A stretch of 64,000 bases of DNA, taken from Octopus sinensis. Its lineage: Eukaryota. Positions 1 to 11,340 of the stretch are shown piece by piece. The position numbers and the translations under genes were made by a program. Location of the stretch: positions 17,794,001 to 17,858,000 of the forward strand of contig NC_043022.1 of NCBI RefSeq assembly GCF_006345805.1, given 5' to 3'. Position 1 is the first letter of the stretch, and each line of letters starts with the position of its first letter. The notes under the pieces are model-generated. The model had not been told where the DNA came from. It saw nothing but the letters and a program-made list of their open reading frames with translations, and made no database searches.

Positions 1-1502
1 AGCTTGTGTCTTACGCACCATGCATCCACACTAACATTCAATGACATATCAAACACCACACACACACACAGACACCCACACTCTGGTATGTATTCATTGT
101 ATCACTGACACTCACACAGCTGTAGGGTCCCAAACACCCTCATAATTATTTCTATGTATCACATGTCTGTTGGCAGTCAATACATACAAAAATGTTGCTA
201 CACACACACACACTGATATGAACATATGTCAATACATTTTCTTACATAATATCACACACACATTACACAAAATTGTTGGTATTGAGTGTTTTTAAAAAAG
301 AAATCCTGTCCACATTGTTAATGAAAACAAATTTAAATTTTCTTTTAAAAATGTCTCCTGTCTGTGTGTTTATTTCTTTCCTGTGTCCAGAAAATTCACC
401 AAAAGAAATTTCTCTCTGGAGACAATGATCAAGTGTATTATATCAACAATTTATTAAATAATAAAAAGTGAGAGAATGATAAAAGGCTTTCTAAATGCAT
501 TGAATAGGCAAATCTTTATTCAACACGAGGCATTAAAAACCACAATCAGGCCATATCAGATGAAATTTCTTCTGGTGAATTTCCTTTCAGCTAAAATGTT
601 TTCAGTGAAGTTTCCTAAGATCTTGAAATATTTTTATAAAATTGATTTTCAGAAAGTTTGGATGGTGAAATAGACTGAGTGGAAGAGATAATAGTTGACA
701 GGGGCTGGGTTTAATGTGGGCTTGAATGGTTGATAAGTAGGGATGACGATATCCTGTTTGATCTTCCTCAGTATCCTCTTCTGTATCCATGAAGGGGCTT
801 CCCCATTACACTTGCCCCATCTCCCTTACAGAAGCAATTTTGGTATCGTAACATTGTGGTTGTTGCAAACATTCACTGAAGCTTCATATCTATCTATATT
901 TATTCTATTCTTTTACTTGTTTCAGTCATTTGATTGCAACCATGCTGGAGCACCACCTTAAATGGGTTTTTTAAGTCAAAGAAATCAACCCAAGGATTAT
1001 ATTCTTTGTAAGCCTTAGTACTTATTCTATCGGTCTCTTTTGCCAAACTGCTAAGTTACATGGATGTAAACACTCTAACATTAGTTGTTTAGCGAGGGTG
1101 GCAGGGGGGAATCAGTCCGATTTGGGGAAAACGGAATTTTTTAAATGTCTGTCCTTGTTTCAATACACTACGTAATTCTAGTGAAAAATATGATGTGTAG
1201 TTGGACAATCCAAGAAAATGTTTTTCTTTTGCCCTTATTTATAATTCTATATACATGAAGGGCCTCTTTCAGTTTTGGTCTCCAAAGTCCACTTACAAGA
1301 CTTTGGTTGGAATGACAGCTGGTCTTTCTTAAGAATATTTAAAAAAAATTTTCTGAAGATGACAGAAAAAACAAATTAAGACAAAAAGTTTTACTTTCAT
1401 CTTAATCAGTTTTGAACGTTGGTCGGGATGTCTTCCAGTTCCTTGTCTGTGCACAACTTTAACCATTGGCCTACTGGGTCCTCTGTTAAGGCAAAAATAA
1501 GA

Positions 1503-1790
1503 TCATCATCATCATTTCCTTTTTTAGCGTCCGTTTTCCATGCTAGCATGGGTTGGACGGTTCTACTGGGGTCTGGGGAGCCAGAAGGCTTCATCAGGCC
1601 CAGTCAAATCTGGCAGTGTTTCTACGGCTGGATGCCCTTCCTAACGCCAACCACTCCGTGAGTGTAGTGGGTGCTTTTTACGTGCCACCCGCACTGGTGC
1701 CAGACAGAGCTGGCAAACGGCCACGAACGGATGGTGCTTTTTATGTGCCACCGGCACGAGGGCCAGGCGAGGCTGGCAACGGACGAATAA
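1503..1790 (-). mobile_element. Family C RTE-type 3' end
   Basis: catcatcatt..ttccatgctagcatgggttggacgg..ggatgcccttcctaacgccaaccactc plus two subunits. Confidence 0.85.
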
Positions 1791-2389
1791 CGAAAATAGG
1801 TTTAGATATCCTATTTTGAAACTGATTTCAGCTGTTGCACTGATGGTTGTGTGGTGTAGGTAGAAGTTTCAACTTGTCCCATAAAGATGCTTGTTTAACA
1901 TTGAAAAAAAAAAATTTATAGAGACATAAAAAAAAAGAAAATTATATATAAAGGGAAATTTATGATACAATTTTCATTTGCACTCTGCCCTGAACCCTGG
2001 ACAGAATCTTCCATCTAAGCTGTTGTTCTGCCCCACCATGCCATTCACCCACTCATTCAGTGAAAAACGAGATATTGAAATCCATTACAGCATCAGATCC
2101 TTAATGGGAATAGATTCAAATATCCCACTCTTAAGCTTGTTCTTGTTGCTGCTGAGATGGCCCCCACCTGGATAAAGATGTTCATAATTAACATCAATAA
2201 CGTTGTAAGATGATAGAAGTTTCAAACTCTACTTAGAGCTACTGTTAAGGTGGGGTTGTTTATTTTTAAACTCTTGTTGATCAAAAAAAAAAAAAGGATG
2301 TCCTATCACACTTTATCTATCTGCACCCTTACTCCCCCCCCCCCATTAATTTCTGTAGAAATTAAGATAATTAAATCTGCCTCAGCATC

Positions 2390-3340
2390 AACTCAATAAT
2401 AAAAATAGGTTTAAATATCTCATATTTTCAGTTTTACAAGGTGAGGTTTGGTGGCTTAGTGGGTGAAAGGGTTGGTAATTTAATTACTAATCTGGTGTAA
2501 AGATAGAGGTTTCAATCTCTGCCTGCAACTATTTTTTTTTTTAGCATCTTTGAAAAAAAAAAAAATAAAAGAATCTCTCCTACACCCTGATTTGATCCCC
2601 CCAGGACAAGGTTGCTAACATTCCCCTTCACACTGCTCACACCTTTACCCACGAGTCTACCAGGTCCCCCCAATAATTGCTGTCAAAGATGAGATACTTA
2701 AATCTATAATTGTGTCCAATCATTAATAAAAATAGATTTAAGTATCTCATTTTTGATAGCAATTATTGGGGGGACCCGGTAGACTCGTGAGTAAAGGTGT
2801 GAGCAGTGTGAAGGGGGATGTTAGCAACCTTGTCCTGGGGGGATCAAATCAGGGTGTAGGAGAGATTCTTTTATTTTTTTTTTAGCATCCTTGAAACAAA
2901 AAAAAATAAAAGAATCTCTCCTACACCCTGATTTGATCCCCCCAGAACAAGGTTACTAACATCGCACTGCTCACCTACGTACACCTTTACCCACAAGTCT
3001 ACCGGGTCCCCCCAATAATTGCTGTCAAAAATGAGATACTTAAATCTATAATTGTGTCCAATCATTAATAAAAATAGATTTAAATATCTCATTTTTTCAC
3101 TGTTTCACAAGGTGAGGTCTGGTGGCTTAGTGGGTAAAAGGGTTGGTAATTTAATTACTAATCCTGTGTAGAGATAGAGGTTTCAATCTCTGTCTGCAAC
3201 TATTTTTTTTTTTTAAGCATCCTTGAAACAAAAATAAAAGAATCTCTCCTACACCCTGATTTGATCCCCCCAGGAGAAGGTTGCTAACATCACACTGCTC
3301 ACCTACATACACCTTTACCCACGAGTCTACTGGGTCCCCC
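2390..3340. repeat. Complex direct/inverted repeat array (B-A-A'-A-B-A)
   Basis: ~150-bp unit A (aaagaatctctcctacaccctgatttgatcc...) at 2553, 2898 and 3230, inverted at 2733-2883; ~140-bp unit B at 2401 and 3075. Confidence 0.92.
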
Positions 3341-3650
3341 TTCTTTTTTTGCCTGTGTTTTTTTACAGAGAGGGTCATCTGTGGAGTCATATTTTGTAGC
3401 GAAAAGAAATAACGCTCTTTTGGCTGCTATTTCTAAATTTTTCGGTATGTGGTTAAGCAACTTGTTGCTAAATCCTTAATTATTGTTATAATTATATATA
3501 AAACTTCTTGTATAAGATTTTACTGAATATGGTTCCTTTCCATACCGAAACTACTTGGTGAAATTTATTTATTATAAATTAATAATTTTTACCCTATATC
3601 TATATATATATATATATACATATACACACACACACACACACACGATTTTT

Positions 3651-6600
3651 TTAATGTTTCAGCTGCAAAGCTGCAGTCATTTGGTGAGTGAGGGCGTTTG
3701 ATGCTGCTGCCCTCATCTGTGTTTCCTGCCGTGAGGTAGGTTCATCTGGAATCTGTAACAGGACGAGATTCAGTTTTGTTTTAAAGGCACTTTCATCCAC
3801 ACCATGCAGGTCTCTTAGGCATTTTGGAAGGATATTAAAGAGCTGTGGACCTTTGAAGCCCAAGCTGTTGCAGTATCTGGTCCTGTATTTTGATGGTGAT
3901 GCAGTTTGAATAACTTTCAATGCCAAAGTTTGGTACAAGGCCTTCAAAGATTTTCCAGATGTATATCACTGCATATCTTTCTCGCCTTCACTCCAGGGAG
4001 AAGAGTTTTAATTCTTTAAGCCTTTCCCAGAAACTGACATGTTGCAGTGAGACGATTTTCTTAGTGTAGCTTCGTTGGATTGCTTCAAGTTCCACCATGG
4101 ATTTTTAAAGTTGGGAGCAAGAGTCTAAGAAGCTGAGAACGTATGTCCTGTCTCCTTTTCTCTTGTTTTGAAACTTCAGAGGATCCAACCAGTCAGCCAT
4201 CTGCATTTTATTACCAAATTGGTAATACGCACTTGGAAGGATGCATCTTTGCTCAAATCAATGCCCAGGTCAAGCACTGATTTTGATTCAGGGATTTCAA
4301 TTCCTCCTGGGCCAGTGTATCCTGTCTGCATGTCATTTAGCATTGAGTTGGTAGCGTAGGGCCTGGAATTTTCCTGCATTAAACTGCACATGGTTGTCCC
4401 CCGCCCACCTGTATATTGTGTCCAACTCTCTTTGCAGATGTGCAATATTTCTAGGATTTTGTATTGTCTGAGAGACTTTTGTGTCATCTGCACAGCTAGC
4501 AGGGTAGCTATCTGAGACGCTGAGGGCATGTTTGAGAGGGCCACTATGAACTGCAGTGGACCCAAGACAGTGCCATGTGGAACACCACTTGCTATTTGCG
4601 TTTCCTTGGAGGTGGCTCCATTGGCTACTACTACCTTATGCCTATCCTTTAAAAGTTGTGCGGCCATTCTCCAAGTTTTCTGCATATGCCAAGATCGTGC
4701 AGTTTGTGACATATCATACCATGGTCAACTTTGTCAAAGGTTTTGCAAAGTCGAGATCTATCACATCCCCACTTGAGTCATTCAGCAGCTGTTTCAGCAC
4801 CTAGCCATAATGTTGCAGGAGCTGGGTCAGGCAGCTTCAGCCTGGACGGACGAAATCCTTGCTGGGGGCCAGTCAGCAAGTCATTAGTTTCTAGCAAACT
4901 ATTCGTTCCATGATTTTACTGATGTTTGAGGTCAGAGAGATAGGCCTATAGTTTTTAGCATCTGCTCTGCTTCCTCCCTTATGGATAGGGCATATTATCC
5001 CTTCCTTCAGTTTGTTTGGGAACTTACAACTTGCAAGGAAGCTCTGGAAGAGAAGCTGCAGTGGTTTTGTAAGAGCTCACTTGCATGAGTTGAGAAGGAC
5101 ACATCCGGGACAGCTGCTGAGTTTGAAGAAGATGTCACACTGGCCAGAGATGAGGTTGACACAGTGTTTATGGACTCAGCTTTTTTAACTTCTTTGGTTT
5201 TAGGTAATGTGGCAAAGAAATCCACTGGTTTGTTCATTTGCCTGTGTTCCAGCGATGTAGTGAACACACTTTGGAACTGTTCATTCAGTATTTCACTTAC
5301 CCTCATGGGGTTTCTTGTGAGGGAGCCATCTATCTTGTAACATATTGAGGCTGTTTCATTGGCAAACTTAAAGAAAGCTTTAGGGTTTGACTTGATATTT
5401 TCTATAATCCAAGCTTCTTTATCTGCTCTCTCCTTTTCATGAGACTGATGCAGACTTTTCTCAATTTCCATTAGCATTCTCTCCAGATGAGACTTCTCGC
5501 CACTTTTGGGATGCTTGCTCAGGCGGTTCGCAATCTTTGTCTGTCATCTCATAAGAATCTTCCTTTCTCTAGGGATCCTGTTTTTGTGTGTGTTGGCCTT
5601 GCACAATAGGACATATTTGTCACATATGGCTTGTATTATGGACATGAAGTGTTTGTGTCTCATGTCAATGTCCGGTGGGGAGAGACATTTAGGCCAATCC
5701 TCTTTCTCGATCAGCTTCCAATTTGCTTTGTGAAAATTTAGTTTGGAGAGATTTTGGGGGTTCGTATAGGCAGTATGTCTGCTGGAGCTTTTGGTCCCTA
5801 TATAGATAGATCTATTATATTGTGATCCGAGATCAGTGTCGGTGTCATTTTAACATTATGGATAATGTCCACATTGTTTGTGAAGCAGAGATCCAGTATA
5901 TTATTTACCCTGGTTGGTTGCAGCACGACTTGTTCCATGAAAGAGGCATTGGTAATGTGGAGCAGGGACTCTACCTGTGCTTGCTGTTGGTGTGTCATTC
6001 CTGGGAGAATCTGGCCCCCAGGACATTCCATGTTTGGGAAGTTAAAGTTGCTCAAATGGAATACATTAATGTGTTGTTGAGAACTTCTCCTATCTCTGCT
6101 AGGCTGTCTTCAAATTTGCCTGTATGACTTGGAGAATCTGGTGGGGTGATATGTAGTACATATAACAATATTGTCTTATGTGTTCAATTTGAGGGTCACA
6201 TACTGAATTAGAATATGACAGCAGTAGATGAGGTTTTAGGTCCTGTTGGATGTACACAGCAACTCCACCATGGTTCCCCTCTTTTCTATCTGAAGGTATG
6301 ACAACATTTTGTGGTATGTGTATTTCTGCATCCCCTATATCAGGTCTAAGATGCGTTTCTACAAGTGCCCTGCATAAATCTTGATTGCATGTCGCAAGGT
6401 CTCCCAGGAATGAGATTTTTGATTTACAGTTGCCATGCAACAGCCCTCCTACATTCAGAAGAAATATCTTTGTGATGTGTGTGTTGAGGTTAGTAGTGGC
6501 CCCATCCTGTATCTGTCATTGGTGGTGTCCTTGTGTGGTGGCAGGCATGGGTTTGGAGTCAGGTCGATCTTTTGTGCCATGCATAAAAGAGATTGTTGTT

Positions 6601-7200
6601 CAGCTACTGCCCTCTTCACACTTGAATGAAGCTGGCCGTTCACTTGGCCGCACACTACATCTTTCGAAAGTAGACAGTCTGCTATTTTTACTTCTTTGGT
6701 GCCTTTCGTTTTGTCCTCCTTGGAGAAGGGAGTGTTGTCTGGGGCCCATTTCATTTTGGTAGAATTTGCCAGTGCTCCTGCTTTTTTGCCCTTCCAACTC
6801 CTGTAGCTTCTGTTGGGGATCCTCCATTTCGTATCAGCTATTTTTTCTTTGACTCTTCATTCTTCTTTGCTTTGTCTTCATCTTTCCCTCTTTGGTCTTC
6901 TGACATGTTGGGGGCAGGGCCGAACCTGTATCATCGTTTCCCTTATTTGCAGTCCCCTCAGACGTGGCTTTTGCTTTGTTCTTTTGAGGGATTGTTGGGC
7001 CCTGGAGGTTTCTTCCATCCTTAGGGCAGTTTCCTCCCTGGATGATGTGTCTATATGTTGTCTAATTAGAGCAAAAGAACGGAGGAATTTGGGGTTTTTT
7101 AGAGAAATTATTACTTTTAAGTGCTGCTGCAATAATGTTGCTGGGTGGGGCACCTTCGGAGATCTTCCATGCACGCACGATCAGTTCCGTGATATCTTTA
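3651..7200 (-). mobile_element. Decayed near full-length non-LTR retrotransposon (CR1/L2 group): ORF1 remnant, APE endonuclease and RT
   Basis: APE motifs VETHL, DR..GGVAVY, PTR.NNILDL, SDHN (5798-6440); RT motifs DLDFAK.FDKVDH and SGVPHGTVLGPLQF (4176-4760); C-terminal FKGPQLFNILPKCLR; multiple frameshifts and stops. Confidence 0.9.
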
Positions 7201-7210
7201 CTAAGGATAT

Positions 7211-7251
<41 letters not shown>

Positions 7252-7410
7252 AGTGGGAGAAAGAGAGAGACAAGGAGATTGGCCGGGAGAGACGAAGAGA
7301 GGAGAGAGACAGCGAAACAGAGAGGGGAGAAGTGAGGAGATTCACCTGAGAGGGTGACAGGTTAGCAGAGGGAGGTAGATAGGGTAAGAGACAAAGAGAG
7401 AGCGAAGCAG

Positions 7411-7590
7411 AGTCTACACACTATTTCTCTACTACCCACAAGGGGCTAAACATAGAGAGGACAAACAAACGGATTAAGTCGGTTATATCGACCCCAGTGC
7501 GTAACTGGTACTTAATTTATCGACACCCCCCTCCCAAAGGATGAAAGGCAGAGTCGACCTCGGCGGAATTTGAACGGCTAAGCATTTCTG
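7411..7590 (-). mobile_element. SINE family B
   Basis: Reverse complement of ttcaaattccgccgaggtcgac..gcctttcatcc..gtcgataaattaagtaccag. Confidence 0.85.
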
Positions 7591-7599
7591 CCGCCTTAG

Positions 7600-8230
7600 C
7601 CGAGTCTACAGACATCAACACACGAACACGTGCTTGTCCGCGAAAGTACACATTGTTACAACAACGAAATTGTCTCTAGATACTTCGTATATAAATACGT
7701 ATATGTTATATATATAAATATTATATTTGTTACAACACCGAATCGTTAGAAAAGGAAAATATATTAAAAATTTAATAATTTGTCTTACCTTTGGCTGGTT
7801 TGCGACTTCAAAAACACTTACCTTTAGCGGGGAGAAAGCTGTAAACAACAACAACAACAACAAACCTTCACTGTCAGCAGTTTCCGTATTTTATCTTGGA
7901 AAAGTTGCAGTTACAGAGATCGTTATTCCTCGAATATATGCGAGCAATAACAAGCGTGACCACTGTAGCTGTCATGTTTTGGTTTATTGCCTTTAAACGA
8001 GTCGGACAGGTGTTGCCGGCAACCAGGTCTGCAATTCGATGTCGTGTGAACAGGGTTTGCCTAGGAAACTATTATTGAAAGGGAAGATTCTTTGAAAATC
8101 TATCGTACGGATAATACTTTTTGGTTATATTTCAGCTACGGACCTCTTTAACTTCGAATCACATCAGTCTAATGGAGGTTCTGCAATACTTTTCTGGACC
8201 TAAAAGCTTCACCTCTTAGCAACACAGCGC
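7600..8230 (-). promoter_or_regulatory. CpG-rich promoter/first-exon-like region of a possible neighbouring minus-strand gene
   Basis: Locally high CpG density in non-repeat DNA; two consensus donors AAG|GTAAGT (exon end 7822) and AAG|GTAAGA (exon end 7789). Confidence 0.4.
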
Positions 8231-8264
8231 CATCTATATTTACCTATACGCACGCGCGCACATA

Positions 8265-8490
8265 CATACATACATACACGTATATATACATACATATATG
8301 TATACATGTACATAAACGTATATACATACATATATGTATACATATACACACATGTATATACATACATGTATATATACATATGTATACATATATATATATA
8401 CATACGTATGTATATATATACATGTATATGTATGTATATATACATATATATACATGTATACATATATATATGTATATATATGCATACGTA
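8265..8490. repeat. (TA)n/(TACA)n microsatellite
   Basis: Direct inspection; further arrays at 9190-9325, 16230-16260, 16420-16460, 49470-49530 and 62706-62742. Confidence 0.95.
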
Positions 8491-8494
8491 TACA

Positions 8495-9190
8495 AAACAA
8501 AACACATCGCTAAAATTGCCAAGGCTGAGGGTGTCTTGGCATCACTCACCAAGTCCTTTGTGAGCCGCTCTCCGGCTATCTATCTGCGGCTTTATATAGC
8601 TGTGGTACGAACTCACCTGGAATTTGCATCACCGGTCTGCAACCCCTATCTTGCCCAGGATATCAATCGTCTGGAAGCCGTTCAGCGACGTGCAACCAAG
8701 AGAATACCCTCCATCAGGCATTTGCCATATTCTGAACGCCTTACTTCCCTGGGCATGGACACATTGAAACTCCGACGTAGGCAGCTGACTTGGCAGACAC
8801 CCATAAAATTATTAACCATCTTACAAACAATAACTCTGAGCACCTTTTCAAACTCCACCTGTCTAACACCCGTGGACATATTTACAAAGTCAGAAAACAG
8901 CACAGCTCCCATGACTTTCGGAAACATTTTTTCACGCTAAGAGTTGCTGAAGCATGGAATAAACTGCCGGCATCAGTTGTTAGTTGTCGGAGCACTGCAT
9001 CTTTCAAAACTTCCATGCTTCCTGATATTCGCCAACACTACACCTGATTTCCTCCCCTCCATACACACACAAGCATGTATCTGACTTATACACAGTTCAC
9101 TTTCCAGATATTTGTACATTACAGCATATACTTTATACACACTTTTGACAAGTTGTGGTGCACCTGAGCACTGTATACAATAATTTCATT
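8495..9190 (+). mobile_element. CR1 LINE 3' fragment (5'-truncated)
   Basis: LY..VVRTHLEFASPV.NPY...LEAVQRRATK.I..LPYSERL..L..L.LRR; TRGH..K; FF..RV..AWNKLP; 3' UTR then (TA)n. Confidence 0.92.
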
Positions 9191-9244
9191 ATATTATATA
9201 TATATATACATATGTATATACATATATATATATATATACATATA

Positions 9245-9299
<55 letters not shown>

Positions 9300-9329
9300 G
9301 TATATATAGATATATATACATATATACCC

Positions 9330-11340
9330 AAACTAACGTGGTGGTGGAATAATGTGGTTGAGAGGGCTATTAGAGAAAGGAAACAGGTTTGGAAGAATGG
9401 TGGTAGCAGGGAAGCTAGGAGACAGGTTTATTTAGCCAAGTATTTCGTGTTGCAAGACAGTGTGTGAGAGAGAATCATGATGTCGTAGGAGAGAAATGTG
9501 TCCGCATGGATGATGGTTCACTTGCACTAAACGAGACTGCAGAGAGAGAGGTTTGGAAGATGCCATTATGAAAGGTTGCTCAATAAAAAGAATGAATGGG
9601 AGAAAGAGAGTCTGCTAAATGTCAACCCCACAGAGGGACCAGCTATCTGAATTGACAGTACCTTGGTAGATAAAGCAATCAAGAGTATGAAGGCAGGGAA
9701 AGCCCCTGGCCCATCAGGAGTCACTGCAGAGATGCTCAAAATATCTGGCAGTGTTGGCTATAGCCTAGTCACCCGTATAGTTAACCAGGTGATACATGAA
9801 GGAGTCATACCCGATGACTGGTGTAACAGCACCTTAGTCAACTGCTACAAAGGTAAAGGTGATGCTTTAGATACAAATAATTACAGAGGTATCAAGCTGT
9901 TGGATCAGGTAGTGAGGGTCATAGCCAAACTAATTAGAGGGAGAGTCAGTTTAGATAAGATGCAGTTTGGGTTTGTGCCAGGGAAAAGCACCACTGATGC
10001 TACATTTCTTGTAAAACAGCTGCAGAAGAAATACCAAGCCAAAGATAAACTTCTGTACCTGGCTTTCATTGACATGGAGAAAGCCTTTGACAGGGTCCCC
10101 CAATCCCTTATCTGGTGGTCAATGAGGAAACTAGGGATAGATGAATGGTTAGTGAGAGCTGTGCAAGCCATGCACAGGGACGCTGTCAGTAAGGTGAGGG
10201 TTGTCAACAAGTAGTGAAGAATTCCAGGTAGATGTAGGGGTCCACCAGACCCCTTCTATTTATCATAGTCTTCCAGGCAAAAACAGAGGAATTCAAGACA
10301 GGATGCCCCTGGGAGCTCCTCTATGCTGATGACCTTGCTCTAATTGCTGAGTCACTATCAGAACTAGAGAAGTTTCAGGTGTAGAAGCTCTAGGTAGAAA
10401 CTCTATAAGATGTACCCAGTGTAAGCCATGGACACATAAGAGGTGCAACAATATCAAAGGAAGGCTAACTAGGAAGATAGTTTTTGTATGTGGCAGATGC
10501 TCAGAAGCAATATACACTGAAAATGCGCAGAGACCAACTTCCGCCACATTCCAGGGAGATAAACTAGAAGTAGTTGATAGCTTCCGTTATCTAGGTGACC
10601 AAGTCAGTAGCAGGGGTGGATGCTCTGAAAGTGTAGCTGCTAGAATAAGAATAGCCTGGACAAAGTTCAGAGAGCTCTTACCTCTGCTGGTGACAAAGGG
10701 CCTCTCGCTCAAACTAAAAGGTAGACTTGTGTACAAACAGCCATGCTACATGGCAGTGAAACATGGGCCGTGACTGCCGAGGACATGCGTAAGCTTGCAA
10801 GAAATGAAGCCAGTATGCTCCGATGGATGTGTAATGACAGTGTTCATACTCGACAGAGTGTAAGTAACTTGAGAGGAAAGTTGGACCTAAGAAACATCAG
10901 ATGTGGTGTGCAAGAGAGACAACTGCACTGGTATGGACATGTTGTGCGAATGGATGAGGACAACTGTTTGAAAAAGTGTCACACCCTAGCAGCTGAGGGA
11001 ACCTGTGGAAGAGATAGACCCAGGAAGACCTGGGATGAAGTGGTGAAGCATGACCTTCGAACATTAGGCCTCACCGAGGCAATGACCAGTGACCGAGACT
11101 TTTAGAAATATGCTGTGCTTGAGAAGACCCAGCAAGCCAAGTGAGATCATAACCTTTTGGCTTATGCCAGAGGTGTAACCAGCCCACTTATGCGTACCTT
11201 CCCTTCATTGGACACTACTTGCGAAGACCTGTTGAGGCAAGTGAAATCGAAATCAAATTCGATGACTAGCATCCGTGCTAGTGGAGTGCTAAGAGCACCA
11301 TCCGAGACAGGGCCGCTGACTGGCCCCCATGCTGGTAGCA
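9330..11340 (+). mobile_element. RTE-clade LINE, 5'-truncated and decayed ORF2 plus start of 3' UTR
   Basis: WWWNN, KAPGPSG..AEMLK, KGKGD....NYRGIKLL, QFGF.PGKSTTDA, FIDMEKAFDRVP, LLYADDL, FRYLGD, LHGSETW. Confidence 0.93.

Noticed and set aside
389-585. 23-bp inverted repeat about 150 bp apart
   Set aside because: Probably a MITE remnant; no TSD or further structure visible.
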